Part shown: positions 29,867 through 35,439 of the stretch, piece by piece | How the letters are laid out: each line of letters opens with the position of its first letter | Position numbering within the stretch: the stretch's first letter is position 1 | UHGV virus genome: UHGV-0327679 | Direction: 5' to 3' (one strand) | DNA from: a virus | Length of the DNA stretch: 35,439 nucleotides | The notes under the pieces: generated by a model | Told to the model about the DNA's origin: nothing | Databases searched by the model: none | What the model saw: only the letters and a program-made list of their open reading frames with translations | Program-made: the position numbers and the translations under genes

Positions 29867-30163
29867 ATGGAATTTAAAGGTACTGAAGGTAAGTGGGAAA
29901 TAATGATGGATGGCGATGAGATTAAAATCATCCAGGCAGACTCACTTGAAAATGGCGCAGGCTGGCGTTCGTATATTGCAATCTGTGAGGAAGTTCAATG
30001 CATTGAAGATGCCAATCTAATAGCGGCAGCACCTGACCTTCTCGAAGCACTTCAGTTATTACTTAAGCAAACCAAAAATAGAACAACGACAACATATCCA
30101 GAATGGTATGGAGCTGTTAATAAAGGTCTCGCAGCAATAAGAAAAGCTCTTGGGGATAAGTAA
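29867..30163 (+). CDS. Hypothetical 98-aa protein
   Basis: AGAGG Shine-Dalgarno; stop overlaps the next start (TAATGA). Confidence 0.55.
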   Translation: MEFKGTEGKWEIMMDGDEIKIIQADSLENGAGWRSYIAICEEVQCIEDANLIAAAPDLLEALQLLLKQTKNRTTTTYPEWYGAVNKGLAAIRKALGDK

Positions 30164-30351
30164 TGAAAGTAAAAATAACTGCTTCTAATACCAGTTTTGT
30201 TAGTGTTGGTGATATTACAGAAGTAATAACAAACCATGATGGAACACAAGTTATGTGGTCTGATTTTTGTAAAAGATATGAGCGAGTCACTTGGTGTAAA
30301 CTCGTATGGGGCGTCGAATACGAAGAATTACCTGAAATGCATGACGAATAA
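30163..30351 (+). CDS. Hypothetical 62-aa protein
   Basis: Translationally coupled to the upstream ORF. Confidence 0.5.
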   Translation: MKVKITASNTSFVSVGDITEVITNHDGTQVMWSDFCKRYERVTWCKLVWGVEYEELPEMHDE

Positions 30352-30446
30352 GCACTGTGTATTCATTCCAACGAGTGAATACACGGAGCAATGTCGCTCG
30401 TAACTAAACAGGAGCCGACTTGTTCTGATTATTGGAAATCTTCTTT

Positions 30447-30474
30447 GCCCTCCAGTGTGAGGGCCTTTTTATAT
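30447..30474 (+). terminator. Rho-independent terminator upstream of cIII
   Basis: Stem GCCCTC/GAGGGC with loop CAGTGT, then CTTTTTATAT. Confidence 0.65.
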
Positions 30475-30536
30475 GCATACCAATAACGCTTCACTCGAGG
30501 CGTTTTCGTTATGCAATCAAACAGAAGGAGCATCCT

Positions 30537-30707
30537 ATGCAACAGTTCGCTATTGCAGGGGCGGCATCGGTTCGCCCTTTCAACCCGATTTTATCGGTAC
30601 AGCATTCACGAAAAAATATTTTAACCGGAGCAGACTTTAAACAACCAAGAATGAAAAGTTTGCTCGAAAAGATTTGGGATATTTTGAAACAACAAGGCCG
30701 TCCATGA
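30537..30707 (+). CDS. cIII: CIII-like protease inhibitor
   Basis: 56 aa MQQFAIAGAASVRPF...LLEKIWDILKQQGRP, same pattern as lambda CIII (MQYAIAG...LLERITRKL...ILNQPG); GGAG Shine-Dalgarno. Confidence 0.6.
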   Translation: MQQFAIAGAASVRPFNPILSVQHSRKNILTGADFKQPRMKSLLEKIWDILKQQGRP

Positions 30708-30862
30708 GTTTTACAGATAACTGTTCAGACGAAGAATTCATTCGTCAGATGAAAGAATTAATCGGTAACGAAGGAGATATTCATGTCACTTGCAACCACA
30801 GTGAAGGAGAGCAAGTTACAGAGGCGCATGTACACGCAGAAAGCTCTCTGGTATCGCCATAA
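30704..30862 (+). CDS. Hypothetical 52-aa protein
   Basis: ATGA overlap with the cIII stop. Confidence 0.4.
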   Translation: MSFTDNCSDEEFIRQMKELIGNEGDIHVTCNHSEGEQVTEAHVHAESSLVSP

Positions 30863-30961
30863 TGGCGACCGCGAAGGAATGCGGGTATGCCTTAATTTGT
30901 CCCGAGTCGAAGTATTAAATCAGCGTTATTTCCTTGGGCCGTGTCCATTCTGAGGTGAATT

Positions 30962-31669
30962 ATGGATTTGAACAAATTCGATGAGCCATTCAGCCCTGAA
31001 GATATCGAATGGCGAATACAGCAAAGCGGTAAAACACGCGATGGAAAGGTGTGGGCTATGGTGCTGGCTTATGTCACGAACAGGGCAATCATGAAACGCC
31101 TGGACGATGTTTGCGGCAAAGCAGGATGGCGCAATGAATACCGCGATATTCCCAACAACGGCGGCGTTGAATGCGGCATATCAATAAAGATTGATTCCGA
31201 ATGGGTAACCAAATGGGATGCTGCTGAAAACACGCAGGTAGAAGCCGTCAAAGGTGGTCGTTCCGGTGCAATGAAGCGCGCTGCCGTTCAGTGGGGAATC
31301 GGTAGGTATCTGTATAACCTTGAGGAAGGTTTCGCACAAACATCTCTCGATAAAAAGCAGGGGTGGCACAGGGCAAAACTGAAGGATGGAACAGGATTTT
31401 ACTGGCTCCCTCCATCACTTCCGGGATGGGCAATCCCAGCATCAGATAACAAACCATCACCAGAAAATACCAACCAGAAATCTCCATCGGTTGACTGCGA
31501 ACAAATCCTGAAAGACTTCAGCGATTATGCAGCGACAGAAACTGACAAGAAAAAACTCATCGAGCGTTATCAGCGTGACTGGCAATTAATGGCTGGCAAC
31601 GAGGAGGCGCAGGCTAAATGCGTTCAGGTAATGAACATCAGAGTTAACGAACTAAAACAGGCGGCATAA
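30962..31669 (+). CDS. Single-strand annealing recombinase (Rad52-like N-terminal domain with Erf-like C-terminus)
   Basis: C-terminal ILKDFSDYAATETDKKKLIERYQRDWQLMAGNEEAQAKCVQVMNIRVNELKQ closely matches the P22 Erf C-terminus; N-terminal domain differs. Confidence 0.7.
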   Translation: MDLNKFDEPFSPEDIEWRIQQSGKTRDGKVWAMVLAYVTNRAIMKRLDDVCGKAGWRNEYRDIPNNGGVECGISIKIDSEWVTKWDAAENTQVEAVKGGRSGAMKRAAVQWGIGRYLYNLEEGFAQTSLDKKQGWHRAKLKDGTGFYWLPPSLPGWAIPASDNKPSPENTNQKSPSVDCEQILKDFSDYAATETDKKKLIERYQRDWQLMAGNEEAQAKCVQVMNIRVNELKQAA

Positions 31670-32185
31670 ATGGCAAGCAGAGGCGTAAATAAGGTGATCA
31701 TTATTGGTCGCCTTGGGCATGATCCAGAAATCAGATATTCACCATCAGGAACGGCATTTGCAAACCTTACCGTTGCTACGTCAGAACAATGGCGTGATAA
31801 GAAAACTGGAGAGCAAAAGGAGCAGACGGAGTGGCACCGCGTGGTAATGAGCGGGAAACTGGCAGAAATTGCCAGCGAATATCTGCGAAAAGGCTCTGAG
31901 GTTTATCTTGAAGGCAAATTGCGGACAAGAAAATGGCAGGATCAAAGCGGACAGGATCGGTTCACTACCGAAGTCATCGTGGGCGTTGGTGGAACCATGC
32001 AAATGCTTGGTGGCAAGCAAGGAGGCAATGAACAGTCTTCACCTCAGCGAAATAATGGTCAGCAACAAAGACAGCAACCTCAGCAGCAGGGAAATCACAG
32101 CGAACCACCTATGGATTTTGACGACGATATCCCCTTTGCACCAGTAACTCTCCCTTTCCCTCGTCACGCTATTCACGCAATTTAA
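31670..32185 (+). CDS. ssb: Single-stranded DNA-binding protein, with a 15-aa extension past the usual DIPF terminus
   Basis: OB-fold N-terminus [23 protein letters not shown]...TEWHRVV; acidic tail MDFDDDIPF followed by [15 protein letters not shown] before the stop. Confidence 0.85.
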   Translation: MASRGVNKVIIIGRLGHDPEIRYSPSGTAFANLTVATSEQWRDKKTGEQKEQTEWHRVVMSGKLAEIASEYLRKGSEVYLEGKLRTRKWQDQSGQDRFTTEVIVGVGGTMQMLGGKQGGNEQSSPQRNNGQQQRQQPQQQGNHSEPPMDFDDDIPFAPVTLPFPRHAIHAI

Positions 32186-32193
32186 GGACTTAC

Positions 32194-32742
32194 ATGAATC
32201 ACTTGATGGTTGACCTTGAAACAATAGGCAACGGGCCATACGCGCCAGTTATTTCTATTGGGGCGGTATTCTTTGACCCGAATACCGGAGAAACAGGAGA
32301 AGAGTTCTCGGTAAATATCTCGCTTGAGTCATCAATGCGATATCGAGCGCGTCCTGACGCTTCAACGATTTTATGGTGGATGGAACAGAGTGAAGAAGCC
32401 AGAAAATCGCTAACCAGCAACACTCAGGAGCTTTCAACGGCTCTTTCATGGTTATCTGAATTCATCATAAAGAACGCTAACCACAAATTCGTTCAGGTTT
32501 GGGGGAATGGAGCATCATTTGACTGCGTTATTCTCCGAAACAGTTATTCGCTGACAGGGCAGCCAGTTCCGTGGCAGTGGTGGAATGACCGCGACGTAAG
32601 AACAATCGTCGAGCTTGGAAAGGTAATAGGATTCGACCCTAAGCGAGATATGCCATTCAAAGGAACTCGCCACAACGCTCTTGATGATGCCATTCACCAA
32701 GCCAAATACGTTTCAGCGATCTGGAAAAAGTTAGCTAAATAA
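32194..32742 (+). CDS. DEDDh-type 3'-5' exonuclease
   Basis: Exo I motif MVDLETIG near the N-terminus; C-terminal HNALDDAIHQAKYV. Confidence 0.7.
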   Translation: MNHLMVDLETIGNGPYAPVISIGAVFFDPNTGETGEEFSVNISLESSMRYRARPDASTILWWMEQSEEARKSLTSNTQELSTALSWLSEFIIKNANHKFVQVWGNGASFDCVILRNSYSLTGQPVPWQWWNDRDVRTIVELGKVIGFDPKRDMPFKGTRHNALDDAIHQAKYVSAIWKKLAK

Positions 32743-32758
32743 TCAACAGGAGAAAACC

Positions 32759-33052
32759 ATGCCAGCGCCTCTGTATGGTGCGGATGACGCGCGCCGCTGT
32801 TCCGGCAATTCCGTATCGGAGGTGCTGGATAAATTCAGGAAAAACTACGACCGGATAATGTCGCTACCGCAGGAAACGAAAGAGGAAAAGGAATTTCGCC
32901 ATTGTATATGGCTTGCAGAGAAAGAAGAACGCGAGCGAATTTACCAGACATCAATCCGACCATTCCGCAAAGCCACATATACCCACTTCCCTGAAATTGA
33001 CCCGCGCCTGCGTAATTACCGCTCACGCTATGGCGCTATCAGTAATGACTGA
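32759..33052 (+). CDS. Hypothetical 97-aa protein
   Basis: Complete ORF with an upstream Shine-Dalgarno. Confidence 0.45.
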   Translation: MPAPLYGADDARRCSGNSVSEVLDKFRKNYDRIMSLPQETKEEKEFRHCIWLAEKEERERIYQTSIRPFRKATYTHFPEIDPRLRNYRSRYGAISND

Positions 33053-33062
33053 GGAATTTACC

Positions 33063-33227
33063 ATGAGAGGACTTGCATACAATCCCGGCATTCTTCCGGC
33101 AGAAATGATTATTCGCCAACGCGTAAAGCCAATGCCATCGAGAGAGGAATTGCTTAAGAGAAATTCTTTTCCATCAGTGAATCAAAACAAATATCTGAAT
33201 GCGATGTGGCGGAGTGGGAAAAAATGA
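33063..33227 (+). CDS. Hypothetical 54-aa protein
   Basis: GAGGA Shine-Dalgarno before ATG 33063; [20 protein letters not shown]. Confidence 0.4.
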   Translation: MRGLAYNPGILPAEMIIRQRVKPMPSREELLKRNSFPSVNQNKYLNAMWRSGKK

Positions 33228-33661
33228 AACAAATGTCACTAATTGAGATGGATGGTTTTCTGAAAGGTAAATGCATCCCACGAGATTTAAAGGTTAACGA
33301 AACAAACGCTGAATATCTGGTGCGTAAATTTGCTGAAGCGGAGGCCAAGTGCGCGGCGCTGGCTGCTGAAGTTGAGGCTGTGAAATCAGCACATCAAGAT
33401 GCTGTAAACACCATCATGTATACCGCCAATCGAACGGGTGTTTTATACACAGAGAAGGCAATTCAAATGTCCTGCAAAACCCCGGCCACCGATGCTTTCC
33501 TGACTGAAGTCCGGGCTAAGGCGTTTGATGACCTTTGCGCGGCGTTCGTTAAGCACGCGTCGGTGTCCGGGCTGGACGATGGCGACTGCGTTACGGTGAA
33601 AGAGGCGACTGACGCCCTGCTGCATTGTGCGGAACAGCTTCACAAGGGAGTGCATTCATGA
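33224..33661 (+). CDS. Hypothetical protein (about 145 aa)
   Basis: Start probably the ATG at 33224; stop overlaps the lar start (ATGA). Confidence 0.45.
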   Translation: MKQMSLIEMDGFLKGKCIPRDLKVNETNAEYLVRKFAEAEAKCAALAAEVEAVKSAHQDAVNTIMYTANRTGVLYTEKAIQMSCKTPATDAFLTEVRAKAFDDLCAAFVKHASVSGLDDGDCVTVKEATDALLHCAEQLHKGVHS

Positions 33662-33891
33662 GCAACCTACTACCATGTCCATTCTGTGGCGGTGCAGCGC
33701 ACGTTGCCAGCGAAGCAGATCACCCTGAATATGGCTCTGGCGGTCGATTCTATTTCGTTCGATGCGGTACGTGTCGCGCTCAATCTGGTAGCAAATATGC
33801 AGCGCCTGGAAATGACTGCGCGATTTTTTATTCAGAGGTTAGAGCAGAGTGGAATCAGCGAGCAAAGGAGGCAACCAGTGAGCAAGATTGA
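33658..33891 (+). CDS. lar: Lar-family restriction-alleviation protein
   Basis: [43 protein letters not shown], the Cys-rich Lar zinc-finger pattern. Confidence 0.7.
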   Translation: MSNLLPCPFCGGAAHVASEADHPEYGSGGRFYFVRCGTCRAQSGSKYAAPGNDCAIFYSEVRAEWNQRAKEATSEQD

Positions 33892-34285
33892 CTATCAGGC
33901 ACTGCGTGAAGCGGCAGAGAAAGCCGGTGAAGATAAGTGGCAGGCTAAAAAAATAAATGGTGATTTTTTCGTTATTCGTCACGGTAGTTATACAAGACAG
34001 CATGGCTACACATCGTATCAACCCATTGCGGAGATTGATTGTAAGCCAGTCCGGGATTTTGTTGCCAAGGCTAATCCGGCTACCGTGCTGGAATTACTGG
34101 ATGAACTGGAAGCAGCAAAAAAGCGCATTGCAGAACTGGAAGCGCGGGAAATATCGCTCCCGGAACGTAGCAGCATGCTTCATCGAACAGATTTTCACGA
34201 TGATTACCAAACGGTAATGGCATACAAAGTTTCTGAAGTCATCGATGCAATCCGCGCTACTGGCATTCGCATCAAAGGAGAGTGA
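33878..34285 (+). CDS. Ea22-like family protein, GTG start
   Basis: AAGGAGG 7 nt upstream of GTG 33878; VSKIDYQALREAAEKAGEDKWQA; predicted coiled-coil LELLDELEAAKKRIAELEA. Confidence 0.5.
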   Translation: MSKIDYQALREAAEKAGEDKWQAKKINGDFFVIRHGSYTRQHGYTSYQPIAEIDCKPVRDFVAKANPATVLELLDELEAAKKRIAELEAREISLPERSSMLHRTDFHDDYQTVMAYKVSEVIDAIRATGIRIKGE

Positions 34286-34286
34286 T

Positions 34287-34802
34287 ATGGCGTTAACACA
34301 CAGCGAACTCTGTCAGATTGCGTACAAGTTCCTTAAGCGCAACGGGTTCAAGGTTTATTTTCATGACCGCTTTATAGCTGTAACCAGTACCGGAGAACAG
34401 CCAGATGCTATGGGATTCAGAAATTCAGCATCATGCCTGATAGAGGCGAAGTGTTCTCGTGCTGACTTGTTGGCAGATAGAAAAAAGCGTTTCCGTAAAA
34501 ATCCGTCTTTTGGAATGGGCGACTGGCGATTCTTTATTAGTGAGCCGGGAATTATTTCAATTGAGGATTTACCTCCCGGCTGGGGATTACTTCACGTTGT
34601 TAACGGAAGAGTACGGAAAGTACATGGGTGGCCCAAGGGTAATTGCTGTTGGGGTAATCCTGACGATAAGCCATTTACTGGAAATAAGCAGGTTGAATGC
34701 GATTACATGTTATCTGCATTAAGGCGCATGGAGTTGAGAGGGCACCTTAATGAAATATATGACGGTGTAATTGTTAATAAGAAAGAAGGAAACGCGGCAT
34801 GA
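34287..34802 (+). CDS. Hypothetical protein with a possible PD-(D/E)xK nuclease motif
   Basis: QPDAMGF followed 13 aa later by CLIEAKCS (PD...ExK spacing); GGAGAG Shine-Dalgarno. Confidence 0.4.
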   Translation: MALTHSELCQIAYKFLKRNGFKVYFHDRFIAVTSTGEQPDAMGFRNSASCLIEAKCSRADLLADRKKRFRKNPSFGMGDWRFFISEPGIISIEDLPPGWGLLHVVNGRVRKVHGWPKGNCCWGNPDDKPFTGNKQVECDYMLSALRRMELRGHLNEIYDGVIVNKKEGNAA

Positions 34803-35439
34803 TCACGATTACCAAAGAGTTCACCAAAGAGCAGTTGATTGAGCAGGCTAAGAAGAATATTGAGGTTCTTCGCGTTGCGGTGGAAAGAGTCCCAGGCGCT
34901 TATGATGCGGCGGTTATTCACCTCAAGCTGGCTGAAATTACGCTGGCATCGCTGGAAGCAGAGCCAGTGGCAAAGATTATAGCTCACTACCCATTAGGAA
35001 TTGACGTAGGCAAACAAAAGTTCGTACAGGCCATTGGAGAGCTTCCTGATTTTGGCGGATATCTATTCGCTGTGCCGCCAGCGCCGATAGCGTTGGAGGC
35101 TATTGAAAATGCAATTGAATACATTCGCAGTATCGCTTTTCACATAGATGAAGACGATTACCACGGCAAACATATTGCGTATTTCATGCGACAAGCATTG
35201 GCCTGGCTGGAAGGGCGTTCATGCAGCGACGACAGACTGGGTAAAGCCGAGAATCAACCAGTACGCGGCAATGAGTGGACTGGCAATCCTGATATTGATA
35301 ACGCCATCATCATGCTCGACCGCATAGATACGCTGGAAAATTGTGATGATGACCGTATTGAGGGTGTTAAGGCTGTTTTGCGCAGACTGGCTGTCAACTA
35401 TCCGGTAACTCCGGATGGTTGGATAAGCTGTAGTGAGCG
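34799..35439 (+). CDS. Hypothetical protein, partial (open to window end, over 213 aa)
   Basis: ATGA overlap with the upstream stop; no stop codon before 35439. Confidence 0.45.
   Translation, partial: MITITKEFTKEQLIEQAKKNIEVLRVAVERVPGAYDAAVIHLKLAEITLASLEAEPVAKIIAHYPLGIDVGKQKFVQAIGELPDFGGYLFAVPPAPIALEAIENAIEYIRSIAFHIDEDDYHGKHIAYFMRQALAWLEGRSCSDDRLGKAENQPVRGNEWTGNPDIDNAIIMLDRIDTLENCDDDRIEGVKAVLRRLAVNYPVTPDGWISCSE

Overview
This window is most of a mosaic lambdoid prophage of the P22/Sf6 podovirus type (enterobacterial), with the late genes on the minus strand. Reading left to right: a truncated P22-type tailspike, an HNH endonuclease, the immI region (ant, arc, mnt with their operators), cargo genes downstream of mnt, then the P22-order virion genes (16, 20, 7, 14, 26, 10, 4, coat, scaffold, portal, large and small terminase). 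These are followed by a T5orf172-domain moron, a lambda-like lysis cassette (Rz/Rz1, R, S), PR'/Q, the nin region with an orphan C5-methyltransferase, replication genes (helicase, O with internal iterons), cII/oop, a hybrid cro/cI immunity region, PL/nutL/N, and the early-left region (cIII, recombinase, SSB, exonuclease, Lar, Ea22-like). No rRNA, canonical tRNA or CRISPR array was found. Three late or lysis genes appear disrupted: the tailspike and Rz each by an inverted-repeat foldback of identical architecture, and gene 10 by a frameshift; these are either real (a defective prophage) or assembly artefacts. The best candidates for undescribed accessory functions are the gene translationally coupled to mnt, the T5orf172 moron, the small-ORF cluster after N, and a gene inserted between cII and O. 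All calls come from reading the sequence and from recalled protein families; no database search was run.
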